Positions 36,605-48,600 of a DNA stretch of 64,000 nucleotides are shown piece by piece. The notes under the pieces were generated by a model. The model searched no databases, was not told the origin of the DNA, and saw nothing but the letters and a program-made list of their open reading frames with translations. Source of the DNA: Phoronis australis (Eukaryota; Animalia; Phoronida); the NCBI GenBank assembly GCA_002633005.1, contig NMRA01000042.1, positions 184,838-248,837 on the forward strand, written 5' to 3'. The position numbers and the translations under genes were made by a program. The number at the start of each line of letters is the position of its first letter. The stretch's first letter is position 1.

Positions 36605-39600
36605 GTTGGTTTTTGAAATTCACAAAACATGATTTTGATTGTGCACTCACTGAATCAGTGTGATAGCACATAATGAGTGATAACACACACTAAGTGTGAG
36701 TGTGATAGCACCCACTGAGTGTGATAGCACCCACTGAGTGAGATAGCACCCACTGAGTGCGATAGCTCCCTCTGAGTGTGATAATACCCATTGAGTGTTA
36801 TAGCACCCACTGAGTGTATTAGCACCTTCTCAGTTTGATAACTCCAACGGAGTGTGATAGCTCCCTCTGAGTGTGATAGCACCCACTGAGTGTGATAGCT
36901 CCTTTTGAGTGTGATAGCACTCACTGAGTGTGATGGCATCCACTGAGTGTGATAGCACCCACTGAGTGTGATGGCACCCTCTGAGTTTGATAGCACCCAC
37001 TGAGTGTGATAGCACCCACTGAGTGTGATGGCACCCTCTGAGTTTGATAGCACCCACTGAGTGTGATAGCACCCACTGAGTGTGATGGCACCCTCTGAGT
37101 TTGATAGCACCCACTGAGTGTGATAGCACCCACTGAGTGCGATAGCTCCCTCTGAGTGTGATAGCACCCACTAATGTTATAGCACCCACTGAGTGTGATA
37201 GCTCTCTCTCAGTATGATAGCACCCACTGAGTGTTACAGCAGCCACTGAGGGTATTAGCACCTTCTGAGTTTGATAACTCCCACTGAGTATGATAGCACC
37301 CACTGAGTGTGTTAGCTCTCTCTGAGTTTGATAGCACCCACTGAGTGTGATAGCTCCCACTGAGTGTGATAGCACCCACTGAGTAGGATAGCGCCCACTG
37401 AGTGTGATAGCACCTACTGAGTGTGATAACTCCCTCTGATTGTGATAGCACCCACTGAGTGTGATAGCACCCTCTGAGTGTGATAGCACCCACCCATTTA
37501 ATTTTTCTTTGACTTTGTAGCTCCATGTTGTTAAAGACTTGTGTCGAGAAAAGGCCGTCTGTGCTGGCGTGATTTATTGCTGCTCCAAGGGATTTTCCAA
37601 AAGTATAACCACATCTGAAGGGTTTTCATTTATACTGTTCAACCATTTAGGGATACAGTGTAAGTATTTGTGCGAAGGATGTATTTTTTACAGCTGACTG
37701 GTTGCATCTAATTCTTGTCACTATTTGATATTTTGAGTGTGGAATCACATAGTCATGCGTTTCTATGCACCTAAAGTGGCACGCTGCATGAAATTCAAGT
37801 TTTATTTTTGTTGATTTTTGTGCTTTTACAGCTTCCTAATCATGTCTGTGACTGTAGTCTTTTCAAAGAAAATGGAGGTTTGATTCATTAGTGTCCATTC
37901 TCTATTGTAATTTACCAAAATTTCTTAAGGTTCATGGAACACATTCTTTTGGAATTTGATCATTGCATTTCAAATGCGCATACTGCAAACATGATGTCCA
38001 CTTTGGGCTTCAAACTCAACTTCTTGCCAGATGAGCACTCAATGCAGCCTCGGCTAACATGGATTATACATTCATTTGTATGAGAGACATCACTAACTTC
38101 CTCTGAATTGTGAGGACCCTGTTACACCAGGGTTGTTCTCTGTACGATATCGAAAATGGGATAAACCTGATTGAGAACTGAGGCAATGTGAGAGAGAACC
38201 CAGTCAAGATTACTTCTGTGTGCAGGGCAAGCCTCGGGATTTTGACCAAATTTCATAAACCTGTGACTCGTGTGTAGGATTCTCTATTTATAAACTTTTC
38301 TCCACAGATTTTAGGAATTGTTTTTAAAATGTTCCACTTTTGCAAATGAGATTATCAAAAACGGGACTTTTATGATTTTTGTGAAGAAAGTCACAAGTTG
38401 CTCAAGATAAAAACAAAATGATAATTTTGAGCACTGTCACGGCAGTTTTGGAATTATATCAAACAAAATTTAGTCAATGCTACTGATACCAGTGTTTTTC
38501 AATGAGTGCTCCATAAAAGTTTCTTTTTCTAAATTCTGCTGTAAAAACTTGACCCAATCAATTGCAGATTGGAATAGCGTCAAAAATCAAATTCTACAGG
38601 CATTCCACTTTTAGAAAAAATATACTTTTGCTGAATTGAATTTTATTATAGTTTTGTAGTTATTTAGCTGAATTTACAGACTTTGTTGTTGATTAAGTTC
38701 TCATAACCTTAACTTCACTCATAGATGTTTTCATAAATTAAAAGTTATTTTTACATTGTAATTGTTGTAAATGGTTTTAACACTTTCAATTTCAGGTGGA
38801 TCGTCATCACAATTACACGAAGCTGCAGCATATGGAAAAATAAATGTTGTAGAAGACTACCTGCATAGTATTCCACCAGATGTCTCTGTTGAACTGCTTC
38901 AAGACTACCGCAAAGCCACACCTCTCCACTACAGTGCTCAGAATGGTCACTTAGAGGTTTGTGGGAAAATTGTCGAAACATTTGGTGCTCACATACTGGA
39001 CTGTCTAGACTTGAATGGTCGGACAGCTCTTCATGTTGCACTCTACTGGAAGCGGTATGATGTAGTTAGCTATCTGTTACAGTTTAAGCAAAGTTACACT
39101 CATAAACAATTGGATAAAGTTGGATACTCGTGCTTGGATCTGTTCAAAGGTCTTAAGGAGGAAGCTCGCAAGAAGATACTACACGAACTAGATGCAGAAT
39201 CTCTTGAAAAATCGTTTCAAAAGTTTTCTTTGCATCAAGCAGTTCTACTTGGGTCTTGTGAGTTGACACGAAAGTTCTGCATGAAGTTGACTCCTGAAGA
39301 ACTAACTTTTAAGGTACCCAAATCTTGTGGTCGATCAATTCTGCATGTGGCTGCTGCAAAATGTGACCTTGGCATTGTCCGTCTGCTTATTGAAGCTGGC
39401 TGTGATGTAGGTGCTATGGATGACATGGGTTGGCTGCCTTTACACTATGCTTGTGCTGATGGAAATGTTGTTGTTTTACCGTCTTTGCTGAGAGGTGGAC
39501 TAAAAAGCGATTGCCTGAATCATGCTCTACATCTATCGCTGCACAAGCGACACAAAGATATTGTGAGAATTATCATACAGGCCTGCCCTGACATTCAACT

Positions 39601-42600
39601 GACTGATGAAGTCAAGCATATGATATGGGATTGCATTAAGAATCTTGATGAGTGTGATAAAGAAATTGTGACCAATCTCAGACGAGATGCCACCATTCAC
39701 GACAGATTGCTTTTGGAGATTTGCAGAGATGAGTCTCAAGTGGATTTATTAAAAACTCTAATTGACAAGAGCCTGGTCAAAGTCAGTTGTCAAGATTTCA
39801 TGGGAAGGACTGCTCTGCATGAGTCGTGCCAGAGTGTGAACGTGAAAGCAGTTGCTTTATTGTTGCTATGCTCTGATGTTGATGTAAATGCTGTTGATTG
39901 GCGATACTCAACACCACTTCACTATGCGTGCATTAAAGGCAACACTGAAGTAGTGTCAGCTCTATTGCAACATCCAAAGATTGCTGTGAATGCTGTGAAC
40001 GTGTTGGGGAAAACTCCTGTTCTTGAAGCATTGTATCATGGTCAAGTAGACGTTGCACTACTGACTTTGTCGTGGCTGGATGATGCAGGTCTTGGGCAAT
40101 GTGATATATATGGCAGAAATGTGCTGTCATTTACACATCTGTTTAATAAAACTATCACTGATGAACTTGTAGCTAAGAACATTGCTTTGAAGCCATTCAG
40201 CGGGAAGTCTCATTCCAGCTCTGAATTTGACACGGGTGCGTTGAGCTTGTGGAGACCACCAAGCGAAAAATTTCCACTTTCATATACATTTCACTACCTC
40301 AATCAATATCGGGTGGACAAGAAGAAATTTACCTGTCCTGGGTGTAAATTGGAAGTTCCATATGCGAAAGCAAAGTTTTGGTTACGATACCATGTTTGCA
40401 CTGGTGATAACCTACCACCTGTTTCAAGTGATACAGTTTCTTCAGTATCACAGGCTTGTGAAACATTCGAGGACATTGCACTGACAAATGCTTGTTCTAC
40501 TGCTGTGCGATGGCTGTTCAATCGTCAACAAGAAGAACCGTAAGTTGTTTTCTTAAGTTCCGGATGTTAATCTTCAAATCTATCTGGATATTTTGGATAG
40601 ATCCCCCCCCCATGTGTTGTTTTTCTTGTTTGAAATGTGTTGCATTAAGAGAAACTCTAGCCATTCTGTGTTTACTTAATACGAGTTCTTGTTTCAAGAA
40701 TTCAATTTTAAGTTTCTGAAGGGAAGATCAAAATCTCTTCAGCTTGTTTGGATCGTGATTCATAATAAATTATGCCTTTTATGCATCTACAAAATATCTT
40801 ATGGTTGCAAATAGTCAGTCAGCATACCATTTAGTGCCACCTTTGCTTGTCCTTCAGTTTTCTCAAACTACTCAACGAATCGTGATGAAACTTGGCATTA
40901 AGTTATGTTGCGGTAGACACTGGTACCAGTCGATTTTTGAAGAGATTAAATTGTTGTGGCACTCCCTGATGGCCATTTTACTTTTTGGCATGAAATACTT
41001 TGTCTGTGAATTTTTGGCAAAATGAATTTATGAATTTTGACAAAAGTTTAGTAAGATGTTTATAGCATGGATGCGTTGGCAGGTATTGATTTTAAGATGG
41101 ATTTGTGTGTTTTGTAATTTCTTGTACATCAATATTTGGCAAAACTGGAATTTTAGCAAAACTTGACTCAACAGGCGTCATTTTAGAAAAATGTAGGTAT
41201 GGATAAATTGACCCACACGATTATGGGCTAATAGGGAGAACCTATAGGCCATGTTTTTTGTCCTTTTTTTGCTTCTAATTTTAATGAGCCTCTTGGTCCA
41301 AGTTGTGACAATAAATTGCTCAAGTGTATGTCGTGGGAATGCAATCTGTCACCATTTGATTTTAATCAGGATTTCTGTTGGCCATTTTTCGCCTGTAAAC
41401 TTTGTGTCAAATTTGATGGAACTTGGCATAAAGATGGATGGAGGCAGGCATCAGTTGATTTTCAGGCAGATTCAAATTCTCTGGCATCCCATGTTGACCA
41501 TTTTAGTTTTTGAGATGGTATTACTTATCCATTGATAATTGTCAAAAACTGATTTTAATGAAACTTGGTTTGACACAAGAGTTTGTGGCTGGGATGTGCC
41601 AGAACCTGTTGATTTCCAGTTTTAACCTAAGTAGTCTATACTGTCTGGCAGTCCAAATTTTGCAATTCAAACGATTAGAGAACTTCTTGTCAAAATAACT
41701 TTCACGAGGCATTGTCTCCCCTGGTTGAATGACATATTAATACATGGGACCGATGCAGTGAGCACAAGTTTCACAAGAAAAAACAATAATGATAAAAAGC
41801 CTCAAAATACTTCAACACTGTGTTGATTTCTATTATTAGGTGATTTGAGTTTGTTGAGCATGACACTGAATGCATGACATGTATTAGGTTAACCATAAAA
41901 TGACTTGTGACCCTGCCACACATGTCATTAGGGTCACTTACCCTTCAGAGTTGAACAAAGTCAAGCTTCAGCTCTTAAAACTTTCAGGAAACATACATTT
42001 CTTGAAAGAAATATTTGTGGTAAAGTAAATTATATGTTAGAAATTTGGGCTTTATAGGACCATTCCGGGTTACACAGCAACACTCGAATCTCGCTGTATT
42101 TACCCACAATGTCATAAACATCCTTCAGGCATGTTTGTTCTTCATTTTCAATGCCACTGGAGTTTCGCGTGTTACTTGTTGTTGTGTGATTCTTTAAAGG
42201 TTTTTCTCGGTTGCATTACTCTGTTCGTCCTTCCAATGCTAATGAAGTATTACTGCTGTGCTGTGGGCAGCAACTCCGATGTGCAAAAGTTTGATAAACT
42301 GGACAAATACCTGTGGATGCGTGATGTGAGAATCTTTACCTTTCCGGCATCAAGGAGAGACACGAAAATGTGCCTGATTTCCAAAACGAGGTCACGATAC
42401 TGTCTTATCTCCGGAACAAAGGAGAGTTCGTTCGCCTTGTAATCTGGGATGGCTCTATTGAAAATGCTCAAATGTTAGGGTGGTGCCTTAGCTGAGCATT
42501 GAGCACTAAGACTCAAAGTAGTGGGTGGATGCTTATGGGAGCATGGGTGTTAGTCGGAATGTGTTTGGTTTACATTACATGAGATAATAAACACTCCTGG

Positions 42601-45600
42601 AGGCGTTTATGGTGCAGTTGTGGGTGGATTTCAACACTTTGAGTTGGATTTGTTAATACAGATGTTTTGTGTGGTTACAGAAGTAATTGTGGTCATTAGT
42701 TGTATCTTTTTTACAGTGTGGTTGAGCAACGACAACGTCGTCAGCCTAGATTGGGGCCTCCCTTCAAGAACAATCGTATATCAGATGTTGTAAGCCCACT
42801 CCACTCTGTTGTGCAGAATGGCAGTCCAAAGTTTATAAAACTACTTTGTTGTCGTGAAGAATATCTACGCATGGAGGATGAACATGGAAGAAACTGTTTA
42901 GAGTTGGCAATTGATATGTTGAAACCAGCCATGGTGAAGGCTATCCTTGCTCAAACTAAACATAATGCTGTGTTCCCAAAGTTAACCGAAGGTGTTGTGC
43001 TGCGTTCTTTGAAAGGGCATGCTTGGTCATATACGGAACAAGAAAAAAGGTACAAAATTTTTGTTCATCTTGTTGATGCTGGTTGTGATGTGAATGAAGA
43101 GAGAGAGACACAGCCTTGCAGGTGCGTAAGGAATAAGCCACACGATACCCATTTGTGCTGCTGCCGTTATGAAACTGCAGTATCTGTTGCTGTTAGGAGT
43201 AATTTGATGAAGTGTTTAGACAAGTTGCTTGAGGCTGGAGCTGTCATTGATAACACCAAGAAGATGTGTGCATTACATGAGGGCATTCGAGCAGGTCGTG
43301 TTGAGATGCTAGAGAAACTTATGGGGAAGGTTATTCCAACTCTTTGTGCAAACACTGCTGAATGTAAAATCTTGGTCGATATAGCATGTTTGTCACCACA
43401 CAAAGGTTTAGCTTTGTTTAAACTTTTGGTTGCAAAGTTTCCCTGTATTCTTTCTGAGAAAGAGGTCGATAATCCTTTGGTTTCAGTAACCAAATCGTCT
43501 GAATATCTTCATGCCAGGTGCCTACAACAGATCACCTCAGTAGATAATGAAGATAAGGGGGAAAGTTCTGTGGTTTCAGCTGTTGAAAATTCAACAGATC
43601 CTGTTGATGCTACATGTCCACGACAGGTGACCACAGAAGGAGATGATAAAGAAAATACTGTACTTTCAAACTGTGAATCATCGACTCAGTCTGATATCAT
43701 TAAAATGCAACAGAACACCATACTAGAAAAGGTTCTGTTGTCTGGACCCATGGTCAGCAATAGAACTGACCGTGTGTGCCTAATGTCAGACACTGTACGC
43801 GACATTGCTGTTTATCTGATTCAGTCTGAATGTCATCTGGGAGAGGTTTTCTTAGGTGGCCCTCATAAGTGCACTGTGCATGCTGGCTGTGCAGCCCTGT
43901 TGGCAGCAGTGAAGAAGCAGCAGTGGAATGTAGTTGGGGAATTGTTCAAACGAAAGGTAGCTCACCAGTTTTGGGAGTGCTGTGCTAGTATTGGAGGCAA
44001 GCTGTCCATCTCATCTTCATCGTGTCAGTGTTCTGTACGGATCGGTGCTGATGTCAGAGAAATCTTGAGGATGATGGTGAGAGGCTCGGCTCCTCAAGAG
44101 TTGGTAATGGAGTTACTATTAAGTGCAACAAAGTTGTCGAGGAGTACTATTTGTAGTGAGAAAGCAGATAATGACATGCATTCTGTTAAGTTCGATGGAG
44201 CTGAGTGTGAACTACAGCTAAGTAAGGCTGACTTTCCAAACTGGCAAAGGTTTATATTTGTTGCGAATATCATTGAGGATTGTTATAAAATGTCTCCATT
44301 AATTGCGGCTAGTAATCCATCGTCTATTGGAGCTCTCACAGCATTGTTTAAGTTCTACATTGGCATCCCTGTAGTGACTGAAGCCATGCTGAATATTCTG
44401 GAGAATATCAAAGCTACTGTTGTATTTCTATCCCACAAGACCAAAGAGCCAACCCAGGAAGCTGTATATTTCGTAACCACGTCCTTCCACATTGCTCATA
44501 CCAGTATGGCTGCAAAGCGGCCGCTATTTCACGAAGCATGTAAAGATGACCATGTTGTGCTTGTGAAACATTTGCAAGTTCTGTATGGAGAAGTGGGTTT
44601 GAAGTTTGAAGTACCAGGTGTTGAAGATCCATTGGAGCTTGCAGCACTTTATGGAAATGCTGAAGTCATTCAAGTACTGCTTGCTAGCTGCAGCTTGTCA
44701 ACAGAAGCAAAACATAATGCCTTATCAGCATGTTGTGGATTTGCTATTGCCAACACTTACGTCAGAGATCATGGTAAAGTTATTTTAGTTGTTTTCTTAG
44801 TTTTCATTTCGTAACAATTTCAGAGCAGTTCAATTGTAGTTGTGTTAAACTGGTAAATTACCATACATTTCTTCAAACATCTCTTCAGGATCGAAGCAGT
44901 CAGTCCTAAATGTTGTTAGTCTTTCTACTCCATTCTCCCTTATGTCTAACCATAATCGGGTCTTTTTGCTTCCTTAGAGGGACCAGCTCAATATAGTTGC
45001 ATTGTCTCTTAAGTTAGTAGTTGGTTTTCAAGATCTAGTCAAAGAGCAATACGTCATTTCTTCTTTTTCTCAACATGCTGATTCAAATTCAAAATGAAGT
45101 TTAGTGTTAACTGTTTTCAAAACTTACAGATAACTCTAGTGAGAGAAGTGATCGAAAGTGGTTAAGAAAGCTGAGATGCAGACGTTACAAAGACTATATT
45201 GCCAAGAAATATGACGAGAGAGAGAAGATTGTTCAGATGCTTGTAACGTAAGAGATAATGATATTGTGATTGACACGTTGATGTGTTCCATTTTTACGCG
45301 CCCATGTAAACATATAATGTGAATGGATATTGCCATCACATCTGTTTGGCCTCGTCCAGCATCTGATACTGTATCTCCTTTGCGGGATCTTGATGAACTT
45401 TGGCAATTTGTATTTTTTATTTGTTTTAATGAAACTCAACAGCTGCACATTTTCACCGATTTTTGAACTACACCCATAAGAGACAGTATTAGGTCAAAAT
45501 TATAGAGGTATTACTCACTGTGGAGGGAGCTTTTTTAGTTCACTCCTTATGGCATAACTGTTTACAATGTACCAAGTAGGCATTTATCAAGGCACTGCTT

Positions 45601-48600
45601 TGCTTGACATGTAGTCTCTTAAGATTGGCCAGCCACCCAGTTGGAGAATTGCCCATTCATCCTCCACATTCTCCACTTATGAAAATCATTATTTTGTCAG
45701 AAGCAGTGTACCCATTATCATAAACTGCTACTATTTTACAAATATTTATTTCACAACAAACAACATTTTTGTTACAAAGCATGTATTGTTTTTACCCAAT
45801 CATAAAAAGTAGTGCAGTTGGCCTGATACACATTGCATCAGACATGCACAGGCCACTCAATCTGGCCCATTGCACCAAAAATCTAAAACCATTTTTCATT
45901 TATTAACACAATGCACAAATTAAGACTGAGTTGAAGACCTAGTATAGAGACCAGTGTGATTGGAACCTATCATCTTGTTAGCATCAGGCAGACACTGAAA
46001 CCAATAGGCCACACTACCTCCTCAGTCATACTGTAGACACTCAAACCAATAGGCCACACTGCCTCCTCAGTCATACTGTACAGACAGTTTTGATACATTG
46101 TACGCTACCAGTCATCAACTTTATTGTACTGCCTGTCAGAGACTTAGTGCATTGTCCGTAACTGTCACTTGAATTTTGTTTTTGAGAGCAGAACACTCTT
46201 AGCAAAAACACGTTTAGTTTGTGAGGACGACTAGCTACCATTTCTCACATCAACATTTTTGTCCAGCATAGCTTAATCATGTCAAATGATAAGTGAATTG
46301 CCATATTTCAGAACATGCAAAGACATAATCAATGATTACCATAATTTCTATGGCCCGCCTTTATTTGGAGCATGTTGCAGTGGAATGACATCTGTTGTCA
46401 AGAATCTCCTCAAGCATGGTGCTCAGCCATTGGTCAGCTTTAAGAACAAGTAAGTGAATAAATGGTATTTTGCATTGAGCATCAAAGCAAGGAAAGACTT
46501 CTTTTAGTAGTCAGCATCATGGTAAGAAGAGTGCAGTGAAAAATCAAAATCTTGTCTTTGTCTGAATTAATTGGGAAACGGAATTCTTTCTATGTCATTT
46601 TAGTTACAACTTCATAAAGCAATTTTAACACAAACCAAGTAGTTTAATAAAATGATACATTTGCATCAAGACATCAATTTTGTTAAAAACGAACAAAATT
46701 TTGTGTAAATTAAATTTTGAATTTCTAGTGTTGATCCAGCAGAATAGCCACCACAGTAGAATGGCACGTATTGTTTTGCAGTTTGTGGTGACAGAAAAAC
46801 AAAATAAAACCCATAAAATCTGTGTATTTTATTAGTGGTGTGTATCATTCTTTTGATGAAACTCATGCACTCACAGAAACCAAGGAGAGGTCATCTAAAG
46901 AGCAAGCACACTTATAATCTTGAAACAACAGTTTTTCATATTATTTCCCTATGTTTTAATGAGCTACAAATATTTGTGTTAATGAAGTGCTTTGTTAACT
47001 GTATGGAAAAAATGTGGATGACAAGCAAAAATTCCTTTTTCCTTTATTTTTTATTAAAATATAAGCATTTTTGAGTTCAATACTACATCTGCCCTCAAAC
47101 AATGGAACATTGTAGCCATTCAGACTAATGTTAGAACACTTTGAAAAGTGAAGAAAAATGTATTTTGGCAATATTTTGTCCGAAATGGGTGCGATTTCAT
47201 ATTAATCACTTCTTTGCTGAATACTGGCATCTAGGTAAATTACTAGGTATAAATTTTAGGTCTTTTTATTTGTAATGTCTAATGCCAGTTGTGACTGATA
47301 ACCTTTTGTTTTGAAGACTTTAATTTAAACGAGTAATCTTGCTCCTGAGTCAATAAATAACGCAGATATTGCAATTCAAAGTGTGAGTGCACATTTTGGG
47401 ACACCCTGTATTTACCTCATCTTCTAAAGAGCAGTGATGTCCAGGTTTTCATCACTCCTCCACTTCAAGAAAATCTCCTATAATTGTAAATTTCTGATTT
47501 TACTATCAATGGTTGTTCTTAAAAATGGTTGTCTTTGAAAAGTGGTAAGAAACTCCTTGGAGCAAAAGATAAGACGATTGTCAGAGGAAGGGAGTCCCAT
47601 CATTAGATGTTTCAGCCTTTAAACTTCCTGACATCTTCTAGGACCCTGGCCACATCGGGGTCATGATGTCCGTCTATCTTTTTTGTCCCATGGGGGGAAT
47701 CGAACCTGTGCCATCATAGTTGCTGGTGCTTCTCATGATCTTGTAGCCTATGGATTTGACCACTCGGCCACTGCGCCTCTGGAAATAAGTGTGATTTACT
47801 CCTTATATGGTAGAGCTTTATTTTATACCAAATCCAACATGATGCATTTTCTGTTATACACGCCATATCTTTAGCAACTTTGCGGATCCTTCTGCCACAA
47901 AAGCCAAGACTCTTGAAGAACGAGTACGTGGATGCAGCCATGAAACCTCTGGCCCCTGTCTCAACTGCGAAGATTGAAGTACTAGTTCCTTTGTTTCTGA
48001 GATTGTTTACAAGTCCTTGGCCATCTTGTATTCGTGTTGCTCTTCTAGAAAATTTCCTATAATTGTAAATTTCTGATTTTACTGTGGTTGTTCTTAAAAA
48101 TGGTTGTCTTTGAAAACAAGTATTTGATATCTTTATTAATTTCATCTTTTTAAGGTGTGCCATGGAGGTAGCGATGAAAGAGGGGCACTTTGAAACTGCT
48201 TCTGTTGTTCTAGAGGAGTGTAGAGACAAGGCAGTGATCATGCCAGGTAAGCTAGTGCCGGGAAATTATATTTGTCTCACAAGAGATGTTTATTGTAAGA
48301 TAAAGTAATAATAATGTACAAAACTAATAGTGTATTTTTCTAACATAAAGATCGGCGACACAAAAACGTCAGATGCTGAAAGCACCCCCCATTCCTATTA
48401 GTTTTGTACATTATTACTTTATCTTACTATAAACTCCTCTGACAACCACATTCTATTTTCCTTTATTATCGAACTTTGCTTGAATCATCGCATCAGTAAA
48501 ATATTGTCCTATAAAAAGGTTACTGTCACTTCCTGCTATGTGTCTTGTCTCGTTACTGACCAGAATGTAGTCTGTGTTAGAATTCGAATGAGGCATGAAT

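Larger units (their letters stand above)
47542..48046 (-). mobile_element. 5'-truncated RLE-type (HERO-like) non-LTR retrotransposon insert with tRNA-like and hammerhead-like 3' region
   Basis: Minus-strand translation gives EEQHEYKMAK /frameshift/ LVNNLRNKGTSTSIFAVETGARGF...LG...ENASCWIWYK, matching the recalled HERO-type RLE C-terminus (EEAHERK.AKY...EVG.RGF...AE.AS.WLW). The insert is bounded by ~70-bp direct repeats at 47468-47541 and 48047-48116. Confidence 0.8.

Noticed and set aside
36655-37526. Several long minus-strand ORFs (up to 219 aa) with SHSVGAITLSG repeats
   Set aside because: These are translations of the 19-bp minisatellite, open in multiple frames and lying within an intron.
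38031-38077. Possible extra exon of the giant gene (YEHSMQPRLTWIIHSF)
   Set aside because: It would end in phase 0, whereas the next exon needs phase 1; exons 2 and 3 already join correctly.
47685-47777. Functional tRNA gene
   Set aside because: A and B boxes are present but the acceptor and T stems do not pair and there is no clean anticodon arm; treated as a tRNA-derived module.
47714-48241. 175-aa minus-strand ORF as an independent gene
   Set aside because: It is a chimera of the antisense of exon 7, the duplicated target site and the frameshifted retrotransposon fragment.
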